The position numbers and the translations under genes were made by a program. A DNA stretch of 64,000 nt from an uncultured Candidatus Saccharibacteria bacterium. Its GTDB lineage: Bacteria > Patescibacteriota > Minisyncoccia > Phycocordibacterales > UBA9988. The notes under the pieces were generated by a model that did no database searches, was not told the origin of the DNA, and saw only the letters and a list, made by a program, of their open reading frames with translations. Where the stretch lies: NCBI GenBank assembly GCA_964401135.1, contig CAYNXC010000001.1:2627-66626 (forward strand). The letters are read 5' to 3'. Positions 16,517 through 26,533 of the stretch are shown here, piece by piece; position 1 is the stretch's first letter, and each line of letters begins with the position of its first letter.

Positions 16517-19500
16517 CTACTCAAAATCCCTCTCTCTATCCTCTTCTGCGAATTCTGATTTCAGTCCGGTACCAGCCGGGATAAGCCGTCCAATAATAAC
16601 ATTCTCCTTGAGACCACGGAGCATATCCATACCGCCCCTGATGGCAGTATCAATGAGAATGCGTGTGGTGTTTTGGAATGAAGCTGCGGAGAGAAAGCTC
16701 TCTGTATTGAGAGCAACTTCAGTAATGCCTAAGACAATGACATCTCCAACGGCAGCCTCGCCACCATCCCGTGCGATGCGATCATTCTCTTCAGTGAGTT
16801 CGCGCGACTCAATAATTTCTCCAGCAACAAAGCGTGTATCGCCAGGGGTCTTAATCTTTCTTCGACTAAACATTTGCCGGATCATGACCTCAATGTGCTT
16901 GCGCGAGATAGATGCGCCTTGCAAGTGGTAGATACTTTCAATCTCTTTCAGAATATAGTCTTCTGCGGCAGCCTTGCCTGCGAGTTTGAAGAGGTCAGGG
17001 ATAATGATGTGGCCGTCGGTCAAGGCTTGCCCCTTCTTTACACGGTCACCCTCTGCCACAGTGACAGTGCGTGGGAAGAGTACCGAGTATTGGAAGCTAG
17101 AATCTTTCTTCTTCTTACTCTCTACATCAGGGAGTAAGGTAATCACTCGTTCGCGACCAGATGTTTTGATCTCGATCACATTACCATCCACTTCAGAGAG
17201 TATGGCAGGGTTCTTTGGAGTGCGGCGCTCAAAAATTTCTTCAACACGGGGGAGGCCTCCGACGATATCACCCTTTGTGTCTACACCTCCTGAGTGCTTG
17301 GTGCGCATAGTGAGCTGGGTACCTGGCTCTCCAATGGCCTGCGCGGCAACAATGCCGACAGTCTCACCTTGTTCCACAACATTACCACGACCCAAGTCTA
17401 TGCCGTAACATGTTGAGCAAATACCGTTTAACGATTTACAAGTGAGCGGGGAACGGACAATTGCCTCACTGACTTTTTGTTCATCTATCTCTTTCGCATC
17501 AACCTTTGTTACCAGGTGTCCGCGTTTAAAAATCACCGTCCCGTCAGCAGTCACAATGTCTGTAGAAAGTACACGGCCACGGATTGTGTTACCAATGCCG
17601 GAGTCAAAGACGGGAATATTCTCCATTGAGATCTTTTTGCCGTCCTTGGTACCGCAATCTTCCTCACGGATCACCACATCTTGCGAGACATCAACGAGCT
17701 TGCGCGTGAGGTAACCTGCCTTTGCCGTGTTGAGTGCGGTGTCAGCAAGCGTCTTCCTAGAACCATGCGTGGTCACGAAGTACTCAATCGGAGAGAGTCC
17801 TTCTTTATATGAGGGAATGATTGGGTAGTCCACTAAGCGACCAGCAGGGTTCACAATGAGTCCCTTCATTCCTGCCATCTGACTCACTTGGTTAATAGAA
17901 CCACGCGCGCCAGAATGCAACATATCCCCTACCGGACCATTGATGGGAAGTGCGTTCGGAACCTCTTTATCAATACGCATCTTTGCGCGTTGCCACACCT
18001 CAATAATCATACGGTAACGCTCCTCTTCAGAGAGAAGGCCGTCTGCGTATTGATCTTCAATAGTAACTGCCTCTTTTTTCGCATCAATAATAATCCCTCC
18101 TTTTGCCTCTGGTACACCGACATCATCAATACCCCAAGTAATACCTGACACCGTCGCGTGGTGGAAACCAAAATACTTGATATCGTCTAGGATATCTGGA
18201 GTCTTTTTTAGCCCATAGAGATCAAAGACGCGAGAGACAAGTTCAGCAATATCCTTGCGGGTAATCTCCCGATTCATGTATGGAAAGTCATCGGGGAAGA
18301 TGTTGTTCCACATTAATCGGCCCAATGTCGTCTCTATACAATCCCCCTCAAAGGCCGCGTACTTGCTTGAGATAGGCTTCTCGATAAAGATGCGTGCGCG
18401 GAAGGAGAGGTTGCCAAAGCTATGCGCGAGTAGAGCACTTTCATAATCAAGAAAGACATTCCCCTCGCCTTGTTCTCCTTTTACCTCCTTGGTCATCCAG
18501 TAGACGCCAAGAACCATGTCCAGAGTCGGGTTGACCACCGGGTCTCCCGAGCCGGGACGCAAGAGATTCTTAACAGAGGCAATCAGCTCGCGTGCCTCGC
18601 GTTGTGCAGCATTGCCAAGCGGTACATGCACTGCCATTTGATCACCATCGAAGTCAGCGTTAAAAGCGGCGCATACCATCGGGTGTACTTGGATAGCGTT
18701 CCCCTCAATAAGCACAGGACGAAAGGCCTGGATGCCAAGGCGGTGCAGTGTCGGCGCACGGTTTAAAAGTACATGCTTGTCGCGGATCACATCTTCAAGG
18801 ATGGCCCACACTTCTGGGATTTCTTCTTCAATCAGTTTTCCTGCACCACGGATGTTGTAGGCCAGCTCTTGCCCCAGCAACTCTGAGATGACAAAGGGGC
18901 GGAAAAGCTCCAAGGCCATATGTTTGGGGAGACCACATTGTGATAGTTTCAGTTCTGGACCCACCACAATCACACTTCGACCAGAGTAGTCTACACGCTT
19001 ACCTAAGAGATTTTGCCTGAAGCGTCCCTGCTTACCCTTGATGCTATCCGAGAGTGATTTGAGCGTGCGACGCTGTGCCTGACTCATAGCACTCTGGCGC
19101 GCGTGGATAGAATTGTCTAATAGATCGTCAACTGCCTCTTGGAGGATGCGCTTCTCGTTACGGAGGATCACATCAGGAGCATTCAAGTCTTTTAACTTCT
19201 TCAGTCGGTTGTTGCGATTAATCACGCGACGATAGAGATCGTTCACATCTGATGTTGCGTGTCGGCCACCGTCAAGTGCGACCATAGGGCGCAGTGCCGG
19301 TGGGATGACAGGGACCACAGTCATAAACATCCACTCGGGCCGTACACCTGACTGGAGCATTGATTTGAATAGATTAAAGCGCTTCTGAATTTTTGTACGA
19401 TCAAGTGAATTTGCAGTGGCGAGATCAGCCGAGAGATGCTCCACCATCTCATTCAAATCAATACCCTTGAAAATCTGGTAGATCGCCTCTGCGCCAATAC

Positions 19501-20137
19501 CCGCCTCAAAGACTGTCGCGTACTTCATAGAGTAGCGGTGATAGTTCATCTCATCCAGGACACGCCACTTAACGAGTGATTCTACCTCGCGTTTAGCATC
19601 AAGCAGAGCATCACGGAGTCTTTCTATATCGTCCTTGCCTGTTAAAGACTTGATCTTCGCCTTAAACTCGGAATCCAAACGGCGTAAGAGCTCCGTCTTC
19701 TCATCCTCATTCACACGCGTGATAATGTAACCAGCAAAGTAGATGACTTTTTCTAAATCGCCCACCGATAGGTTGAGTGCCATACCGATGCGTGAAGGAA
19801 CACCGCGGAGGAACCAGATGTGCGCAACAGGACTTGCCAATTCGATATGCCCCATGCGCTCACGACGCACGATGGAACGCGTGACCTCAACACCACACTT
19901 CTCGCAGATGATGTCCTTATAGCGGATACGCCGGTACTTCCCGCAGTAACACTCGTAGTCCTTCTCGGGACCGAAGATTTTTTCATCAAAGAGACCCCCG
20001 CGCTCACTGCGCTGGGTACGATAGTTGATCGTCTCTGGCTTGGTTACCTCACCGTATGACCACTCGTGTATCCGTTCAGGGGATGCAAGCTTGAGCGATA
20101 TCGCGTTGAAATCTGTTTTCATTTCTTTTCCAGGCAT
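16517..20137 (-). CDS. rpoC: RNA polymerase beta' subunit
   Basis: [34 protein letters not shown]; start uncertain (20122-20161). Confidence 0.97.
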   Translation of the reverse strand: MPGKEMKTDFNAISLKLASPERIHEWSYGEVTKPETINYRTQRSERGGLFDEKIFGPEKDYECYCGKYRRIRYKDIICEKCGVEVTRSIVRRERMGHIELASPVAHIWFLRGVPSRIGMALNLSVGDLEKVIYFAGYIITRVNEDEKTELLRRLDSEFKAKIKSLTGKDDIERLRDALLDAKREVESLVKWRVLDEMNYHRYSMKYATVFEAGIGAEAIYQIFKGIDLNEMVEHLSADLATANSLDRTKIQKRFNLFKSMLQSGVRPEWMFMTVVPVIPPALRPMVALDGGRHATSDVNDLYRRVINRNNRLKKLKDLNAPDVILRNEKRILQEAVDDLLDNSIHARQSAMSQAQRRTLKSLSDSIKGKQGRFRQNLLGKRVDYSGRSVIVVGPELKLSQCGLPKHMALELFRPFVISELLGQELAYNIRGAGKLIEEEIPEVWAILEDVIRDKHVLLNRAPTLHRLGIQAFRPVLIEGNAIQVHPMVCAAFNADFDGDQMAVHVPLGNAAQREARELIASVKNLLRPGSGDPVVNPTLDMVLGVYWMTKEVKGEQGEGNVFLDYESALLAHSFGNLSFRARIFIEKPISSKYAAFEGDCIETTLGRLMWNNIFPDDFPYMNREITRKDIAELVSRVFDLYGLKKTPDILDDIKYFGFHHATVSGITWGIDDVGVPEAKGGIIIDAKKEAVTIEDQYADGLLSEEERYRMIIEVWQRAKMRIDKEVPNALPINGPVGDMLHSGARGSINQVSQMAGMKGLIVNPAGRLVDYPIIPSYKEGLSPIEYFVTTHGSRKTLADTALNTAKAGYLTRKLVDVSQDVVIREEDCGTKDGKKISMENIPVFDSGIGNTIRGRVLSTDIVTADGTVIFKRGHLVTKVDAKEIDEQKVSEAIVRSPLTCKSLNGICSTCYGIDLGRGNVVEQGETVGIVAAQAIGEPGTQLTMRTKHSGGVDTKGDIVGGLPRVEEIFERRTPKNPAILSEVDGNVIEIKTSGRERVITLLPDVESKKKKDSSFQYSVLFPRTVTVAEGDRVKKGQALTDGHIIIPDLFKLAGKAAAEDYILKEIESIYHLQGASISRKHIEVMIRQMFSRRKIKTPGDTRFVAGEIIESRELTEENDRIARDGGEAAVGDVIVLGITEVALNTESFLSAASFQNTTRILIDTAIRGGMDMLRGLKENVIIGRLIPAGTGLKSEFAEEDRERDFE

Positions 20138-20144
20138 AGGCGTT

Positions 20145-23100
20145 TTATTGGAGATCCTCAAGCTCTACATCCAGCGCGAGCCCGCGGAGCTCATTGAGTA
20201 ATACATTAAAGGACGCAGGGATGGATGGGGTCTTGATTAACTCCCCCTTCACCATTGAGTCAAAGGCCTGTGAACGACCTGTGATATCGTCTGACTTAAT
20301 GGTTAGCATCTCACGCAGGGTGTAGGCGGCCCCGTAGCCCTCAAGCGCCCAGACTTCCATCTCTCCAAAGCGCTGCCCACCACCCTGTGCGCGACCACCC
20401 AATGGCTGTTGGGTGATGAGCGAGTAAGGTCCAATAGAGCGCATGTGGATCTTATCTTCCACCATGTGGTGCAGTTTGAGCACATACATACTCCCAATTG
20501 CAATCTTCTGCTCAAAAGGCTCACCGCTCCTGCCATCATAGAGGGTCACTTTACCATCGCGAGGGAAGCCTGCCTTCTCTAATTCATCCTTAATTTCTTC
20601 TGGTCCCGCACCTTGGAAGACAGGCGTCATTGCTTGGTAGTTCAGCGTGCGGGCGGCAAGGCCTAGATGCATTTCTAAAATCTGCCCCAGGTTCATACGA
20701 GAAGGAACACCAAGGGGGGTGAGTACCACATCAATAGGCGTACCATCCGCTGTATAGGGCATATCTTCGACAGGGAGGATCTTTGCAATAACTCCCTTGT
20801 TACCGTGGCGGCCGGCGAGCTTGTCACCAACAGAGACATTACGGACCTGTGCTACTTCAATGTGAATCTGTTTAATGATACCGCTCTCTAACTTATCTCC
20901 CTTGTCGCGTGAGAAGATTTTGACTCCAATGATACGGCCACGCTTGCCATGACTCATCCGCAGTGAGGAATCTTTCACATCGCGCACTTTTTCTCCAAAG
21001 ATAGAACGAAGGAGCCGCTCTTCTGGCGTGAGCTCGGTCTCACCTTTGGCGGTAATCTTCCCTACAAGAATATCGTTAGGGCCGACTTCTGCTCCGATGC
21101 GTACAATGCCCTCCTCATCAAGATTTTTTAGTTTTGCTTCACCAACATTCGGTATGTCGCGAGTGGTCACCTCTGGTCCGAGCTTAGTGTCGCGGACATT
21201 ACAGACAAATTCCTCAATATGTATGTTGGTGAAAATATTTTCGCGCACCAACCGCTCCGAAATGACAATGGCATCCTCGTAGTTAGCTCCCTCCCATGTC
21301 ATAAAGGCAACAAACACATTTTGACCGAGTGACATCTGCCCGTTGGAACTAGATGATGTGTCTGCAAGAAGGTCACCCTTCTTCACCGTATCGTGTAGTG
21401 AGACAGCTGGACGCTGATGGAAGGCGGTAAAGTCATTGGTACGGCCAAATGTGACGAGCTTATATTCGCGCCTCTCCCCATCCTTGCCCTTAATGAGGAT
21501 GTGTTCACCGTCCACCTCTGCCACTTCTCCATCAATATCAGAAAAGATGAGTCGTCCGGTAAAGCGTGCGGCGAACTCCTCCATGCCGGTCGCAACAAAT
21601 GGAGCCTCTGGGCGGACACAAGGGACTGCCTGCTTTTGCATGTTAGAACCCATGAGTGCACGATTGGCATCGTCGTGTTCCAAGAAAGGGATCATTGAGG
21701 TCGCAACGGAATAGGCCTGGTTGGGAGCGACATCAATAAAGTGCACATCCTTACGCGCCACCACACCTGGCTTGGTCATGGCGCGCACTTCTACTTCCTC
21801 ATCAAGAAGTCGCATCTCGGCATCGTATGGGACGCTTGCGTGCGCAATGTTGTATTGCTCTTCGTCAAGCGCATTTAAGAACACTACTTCATCAGTGATG
21901 CGTCCGCTCGTCACACGGCGATATGGTGTCTCAATTATTCCCAGGTCGTTCACACGCGCGTAGGTGGTAAGATGGAGAATCAAACCAATGTTTGGACCTT
22001 CTGGCGTGTGGATAGGACAGAGGCGGCCATAGTGGCTCGTGTGCACATCACGGACTTCAAAGCCGGCACGCTCACGGGTGAGGCCCCCAGGGCCCATGGC
22101 CGAGAGGGTGCGCAGGTGCTCCACTTCAGCAAGCACATTGTCTTGTCGCATGAACTGTGAGAGCTGGTTAGTAGTGAAAAATTCTTTGATGCGCGCCTGT
22201 AGGGGGCGTGGTGATATGAGCTGGATGGGGTACATTGTATCAGCATCGGCAGTAGACATTTTGTCTTGAATATAACGCTTCATCTGCGTCATACCCACAC
22301 GCACACGCTGTTGGAGCATCTCGCCCACCAGTCGTACACGGCGTAGTCCCAAGTGGTCAATGTCATCCTCCTTTGCGCCCTTGGTACTGTTTAAGATGAT
22401 GATGTGGCTCATGATGCGAACGAGGTCATCAAAGGAGAGTGTACGAGAATCTGCATCCTTACCGCTCGCAGTAAGTCCAAAGCGCTGATTGAGACGGTAA
22501 CGGCCAACGAGGGATAAGTCGTAGCGATCGCTTGAGAAAAGATTTTGAATAAACTCGCGCGCTCCAGAGACAGTTACAAGATCAGAGTCGCGAAGTCGCT
22601 TGTAGACCTCAACAAAAGTCTGGTCAATTGAGTTGAAGGTCTCCTTATCTAAGGTATTTTTGATGTAGGAGGTCTCGGTCTCAAGATGTGCGAAGGCCTC
22701 TTGAATTGCCTCGGTGCTACTCTTGCCACTCGCGTCACCAAAGATACGCAAGAGAGCGGTTGCGGGAAGCTTGCGCTTGCGATCAATGCGCACATAGATA
22801 CAACCATCCAACTCTGTCTCAAACTCAATCCATGCACCACGGGAAGGAATGATCTTTGCGCCAAAGTGCTTTTTACCGCGCAGATCGTTACCGGTGAAAA
22901 AGACGCCGAAACTGCGTGCGAGCTGAGGCACGACAACTCGTTCAATGCCATTGATAATGAATGTGCCGTGCTCCGTCATCAAGGGGAAATCGGCGAGGAA
23001 AATTTTCTGCTCGTGTTCAAAGTTCTTGCTCTTGAGTACCACACTCGCTACTAAGGATGCTTCGTAGGTGAGGTTATTTTCCTTGGCATACTGCTCGTCG

Positions 23101-23306
23101 TACTTTGGCTCCTCAATGGTAAAATCCTTGATGGTCAGATCAAATTTTTTCTCCGAATAGTCCTTGATGGGAGAAAACTCCTTAAAGACCTCCTCGAGGC
23201 CGTCTTTGACAAGCCAACGGAACGAGTTGAGCTGGAGCTCAACGAGGTCGGGAACCTTAGCGAGAGGCTTTTTGTACTTTAAAAAATACTTTTTGGTGGA
23301 CTTCAT
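20145..23306 (-). CDS. rpoB: RNA polymerase beta subunit
   Basis: GDKLAGRHGNKG, RFGEMEVWALE, PEGPNIGL. Confidence 0.97.
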   Translation of the reverse strand: MKSTKKYFLKYKKPLAKVPDLVELQLNSFRWLVKDGLEEVFKEFSPIKDYSEKKFDLTIKDFTIEEPKYDEQYAKENNLTYEASLVASVVLKSKNFEHEQKIFLADFPLMTEHGTFIINGIERVVVPQLARSFGVFFTGNDLRGKKHFGAKIIPSRGAWIEFETELDGCIYVRIDRKRKLPATALLRIFGDASGKSSTEAIQEAFAHLETETSYIKNTLDKETFNSIDQTFVEVYKRLRDSDLVTVSGAREFIQNLFSSDRYDLSLVGRYRLNQRFGLTASGKDADSRTLSFDDLVRIMSHIIILNSTKGAKEDDIDHLGLRRVRLVGEMLQQRVRVGMTQMKRYIQDKMSTADADTMYPIQLISPRPLQARIKEFFTTNQLSQFMRQDNVLAEVEHLRTLSAMGPGGLTRERAGFEVRDVHTSHYGRLCPIHTPEGPNIGLILHLTTYARVNDLGIIETPYRRVTSGRITDEVVFLNALDEEQYNIAHASVPYDAEMRLLDEEVEVRAMTKPGVVARKDVHFIDVAPNQAYSVATSMIPFLEHDDANRALMGSNMQKQAVPCVRPEAPFVATGMEEFAARFTGRLIFSDIDGEVAEVDGEHILIKGKDGERREYKLVTFGRTNDFTAFHQRPAVSLHDTVKKGDLLADTSSSSNGQMSLGQNVFVAFMTWEGANYEDAIVISERLVRENIFTNIHIEEFVCNVRDTKLGPEVTTRDIPNVGEAKLKNLDEEGIVRIGAEVGPNDILVGKITAKGETELTPEERLLRSIFGEKVRDVKDSSLRMSHGKRGRIIGVKIFSRDKGDKLESGIIKQIHIEVAQVRNVSVGDKLAGRHGNKGVIAKILPVEDMPYTADGTPIDVVLTPLGVPSRMNLGQILEMHLGLAARTLNYQAMTPVFQGAGPEEIKDELEKAGFPRDGKVTLYDGRSGEPFEQKIAIGSMYVLKLHHMVEDKIHMRSIGPYSLITQQPLGGRAQGGGQRFGEMEVWALEGYGAAYTLREMLTIKSDDITGRSQAFDSMVKGELIKTPSIPASFNVLLNELRGLALDVELEDLQ

Positions 23307-23431
23307 AACAAAAAATATGGGCGCAGAAATATACCCAAAAAAGAATTACCTGTTAAAAGGTTATGAGCGAGAACTAGCTTATAATTGTGTTAGCAAATTT
23401 CGTAACTCAATCGTAGCTAAACGTAAAGAAG

Positions 23432-23459
23432 AGTATATACGACCACTTTCCATTGTCAA
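23432..23459 (-). promoter_or_regulatory. rpoB promoter
   Basis: TTGACA-16-TATACT on the minus strand, about 120 nt upstream of the rpoB ATG. Confidence 0.65.
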
Positions 23460-24097
23460 GCCTTCTTGGAGCGGTAGGAGTCTATGTTCTTGTGGTGGCC
23501 AGAGAGGAGGACTGTAGGGACGCGGTATTTTTTGCCCTTATAGGAAAGTACCTCGGGCCGTGTGTAAGTCTCACCACTGGCAACTCTTTTCTCCTCTAAT
23601 GAGATAGTTTTCCCCAATACTCCAGGGATATGTCGCGAGACGGCATCAATAATAGTAAGAGCAGGGAGCTCTCCACCGGTAAGAGTGTATGGTCCAACAG
23701 ACACTTCTTCTGCCTTGAGTATTTTTTTCACTCGCGCATCAATACCCTCGTAGTGCCCTGCGATGAGTATGAGATCATCGTACTTTTTTGCGTACTGCTG
23801 TGCCTCCTTTTGCGTGAACTGCTTACCGCGTGGGGACATTATGAGTATCTTTCTCCGTGCATCTTTTTTTAGATGAAGTGAATCTACCGCCTGCACAAGG
23901 GGGAAAGCCTTCATCACCATACCGGGACCACCACCATAGGGCTTGTCGTCAGCTTTTTTATGTGAGTCTGTGCAAAAGTCACGAGGGTTCACTGCTTGTA
24001 TAGAAATAAGCTTGCGCAGAGTAGCGCGCTTGATCATTGAGGAGTCACGGTAGGAGTCCAGACTCTCGGGGAAGAGCGTGATGATTGAAAACTTCAT
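23456..24097 (-). CDS. trmD: tRNA (guanine37-N1)-methyltransferase
   Basis: DDKPYGGGPGMV, GHYEGID, GPYTLTGGE; start MKFSIITLF lies 6 nt after TATAAT. Confidence 0.95.
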   Translation of the reverse strand: MKFSIITLFPESLDSYRDSSMIKRATLRKLISIQAVNPRDFCTDSHKKADDKPYGGGPGMVMKAFPLVQAVDSLHLKKDARRKILIMSPRGKQFTQKEAQQYAKKYDDLILIAGHYEGIDARVKKILKAEEVSVGPYTLTGGELPALTIIDAVSRHIPGVLGKTISLEEKRVASGETYTRPEVLSYKGKKYRVPTVLLSGHHKNIDSYRSKKA

Positions 24098-24162
24098 CTC
24101 TTTATTATACAACAATCTCGCTCTGTTGTACACAGGGCGAGATTTGTCTACTTTTTTAGAGA

Positions 24163-24504
24163 CTAAAACTGGAGATCAGCCATTGCCTGATCCACGGTCT
24201 TGGCAGCTGCCGTATTTGCAGTATCGAGAGGGCCTTCTGCAGAGCGGCGACCTCCTTCTGGCTCATTGATCTTCAAATTGACGCGAGCGTTGTTCTTCAT
24301 CCCCACGACACGCAAGAGGGTGCGGATGGCCTTGGCAGTGTTGCCACTCCTCCCAATCACCTTCCCCATATCGGCATGATTGAGATCAAGGGTGAGAAGC
24401 ACGCCCATCTCGTCTACCGACCTTCCAATCTTTACATCATCCGGATTATCCACAAGAGCCTTGATAACATTCTCAAGAAACTCCTGATCAAAGTGTTCTG
24501 ACAT
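24163..24504 (-). CDS. khpA: KH-domain RNA-binding protein KhpA (YlqC)
   Basis: DMGKVIGRSGNTAKAIRTLL; located between rpsP and trmD. Confidence 0.92.
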   Translation of the reverse strand: MSEHFDQEFLENVIKALVDNPDDVKIGRSVDEMGVLLTLDLNHADMGKVIGRSGNTAKAIRTLLRVVGMKNNARVNLKINEPEGGRRSAEGPLDTANTAAAKTVDQAMADLQF

Positions 24505-24553
24505 ACAATACGATAACGATTGCTGTTAATTGATCAACCTACCTGTAAGTATA

Positions 24554-24955
24554 CTAGACTGTCTCTCCTGCTTCAACAACAGGAGCCACTTCTCCTTCTT
24601 CTTCTGTTTCTGCCGGTACTTCTACTGAGTCCCCTGTAATGGGAGTGACGGCTGGAGCGGCTTCTTCAACTTTTACGAGGACGGTCTTCTTGGGTAAGAT
24701 GTTTATTTTCTTACCTGAGATGATTCCAGTAGTGATGAGGAGGTTATGGACAGTACCAGAGAGCTGTGCACCGCGCTCTATCCAGTACTTGACCCGATCG
24801 GCATGTATCGTGTGTACATCCTTGCGAGGGTCATAGCTACCCAGAATCTCAAGAAAAGAACCCGGCTTTTTTGCGGCAGTACTATGCTCTGTCACGACCA
24901 CTCGGAATGAGGGGTCATTCTTGCGACCAACGCGCTGTAATCTGATCTTCAACAT
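24554..24955 (-). CDS. rpsP: 30S ribosomal protein S16
   Basis: MLKIRLQRVGRKNDPSFRVVV, LGSYDP. Confidence 0.96.
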   Translation of the reverse strand: MLKIRLQRVGRKNDPSFRVVVTEHSTAAKKPGSFLEILGSYDPRKDVHTIHADRVKYWIERGAQLSGTVHNLLITTGIISGKKINILPKKTVLVKVEEAAPAVTPITGDSVEVPAETEEEGEVAPVVEAGETV

Positions 24956-25025
24956 ACGGGCTCAACTATATCAGACAAGACGCGTGTCCGTCAATCTGTC
25001 GCAACATATGTGCTATGATAGCAAA

Positions 25026-26531
25026 ATGAAAAAAACCAGCTCGCAGAGCCGAGAAATGTCTCCTCTCCCGCCACTGCCAGGCCCTTTCCCCCGTGAAGTG
25101 ATCCAAGAAGCGGAGACGCTACTTAAGCGTGAAGCAGAGATAATGAAGCAAGAAGAGAAGCTGCGACGAGACTTCCGCAAAGTCCCTACCATCACCATAG
25201 ACCCAAAAGATGCAAAAGACTTTGACGATGCTATCTCTTTTCGCATGCTCCCTGACGGTAATCAAGAAGTTGGCATCCATATTGCCGATGTCTCTTTTTT
25301 TATCAGCCCTGGATCAGCGTTAGACAAGGAGGCAAACAAGCGTGCAACTTCTATCTACCTTGTTGATCGAGTCATCCCCATGCTCCCCGAGGGACTCTCC
25401 GACAATCTCTGTTCTCTAGTACCGGAGAAGGACCGCCTCTGCTACTCAGCAGTATTTGAAATAAGACAAGACGGACACATCGTTCAAGAATGGTTTGGGA
25501 GGACTATCATACGCTCTAGCGCCCGTCTAACTTATGAAGAGGCACAAGACATCATGGACGGCTCGCCACACATTTATGCAAAAGAAATACAGGAGCTCAC
25601 CAGTATCACACGGAAGCTCCGCAAACAAAAATTGGCGCAAGGCGCCATTGCCATTCACGACACCGAGCTACACTGCGAACTGGATGCGAGTGGCAAAGCA
25701 ATTTCTTTTTATGTGGTACCACACTTAGAGAGCCATCAATTGATTGAGGACCTCATGCTCCTCGCCAACCGTCGCGTAGCAGAGTACGCATCACATGCGG
25801 TTAAGAATAAGTCGGGAGCTTTTGTCTATCGAATCCACGACACGCCCGATATGGATAAGATTGCCTTCCTTGATCTCTACGCACGGCCACTTGGCTACAG
25901 CATACTCCGTGGTAATAGAGTAGATCCGGCAGAGCTTAATCGCCTTTTAACCGAGGTGCTGGGAACACCGCACCAATACTTTGTACACTCGGCAACGCTG
26001 CGCGCGATGGCAAGAGCTATTTACTCAACCAAAAACATTGGGCACTTTGGACTCGCCTTTAAGCACTATACACACTTTACCTCCCCCATCCGCCGTTACC
26101 CCGACCTCCTCGTACACAGACTCCTCTCCGAGTACCTCGCGGGGAAGACGGTAAAAGAGAGTGTACTTAAAGAGTGTGACAAGGCAGCGCTCCATGCCAC
26201 AGAGCGAGAGGTGATTGCCGCAGAGGCAGAGCGGGATTCACTGAAAGCAAAGCAGGTGGAGTACCTCTCCGAGCGAGTGAGGATGGAGAGTAATGGTATC
26301 ATAACCGGCGTGACCAACTTTGGCGTCTTTGTCCGAGAGGAGACGACTGGCGCTGACGGGCTCATCCATGTTACTAAACTCCCTGACGACTACTATATTT
26401 TTGACGAGCAAAAAATGATGCTCACGGGTGAGCGCACAAAAAAGAACTTCCGTCTCGGCGACACCGTCCGTATCAAAGTCTCTCGTGTTGATCAAGAACG
26501 GAACCAGATTGACTACGAACTCTTATCTTAG
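25026..26531 (+). CDS. rnr: Ribonuclease R/II family exoribonuclease (N-terminally reduced)
   Basis: TIDPKDAKDFDDA, HIADVS, HFTSPIRRYPDL, C-terminal S1 domain; start 6 nt after TATGAT. Confidence 0.9.
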   Translation: MKKTSSQSREMSPLPPLPGPFPREVIQEAETLLKREAEIMKQEEKLRRDFRKVPTITIDPKDAKDFDDAISFRMLPDGNQEVGIHIADVSFFISPGSALDKEANKRATSIYLVDRVIPMLPEGLSDNLCSLVPEKDRLCYSAVFEIRQDGHIVQEWFGRTIIRSSARLTYEEAQDIMDGSPHIYAKEIQELTSITRKLRKQKLAQGAIAIHDTELHCELDASGKAISFYVVPHLESHQLIEDLMLLANRRVAEYASHAVKNKSGAFVYRIHDTPDMDKIAFLDLYARPLGYSILRGNRVDPAELNRLLTEVLGTPHQYFVHSATLRAMARAIYSTKNIGHFGLAFKHYTHFTSPIRRYPDLLVHRLLSEYLAGKTVKESVLKECDKAALHATEREVIAAEAERDSLKAKQVEYLSERVRMESNGIITGVTNFGVFVREETTGADGLIHVTKLPDDYYIFDEQKMMLTGERTKKNFRLGDTVRIKVSRVDQERNQIDYELLS

Positions 26532-26533
26532 GT

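Noticed and set aside
24505-24553. Small hairpins in the khpA leader
   Set aside because: Short AU/GU-rich stems could arise by chance; no clear alternative structure
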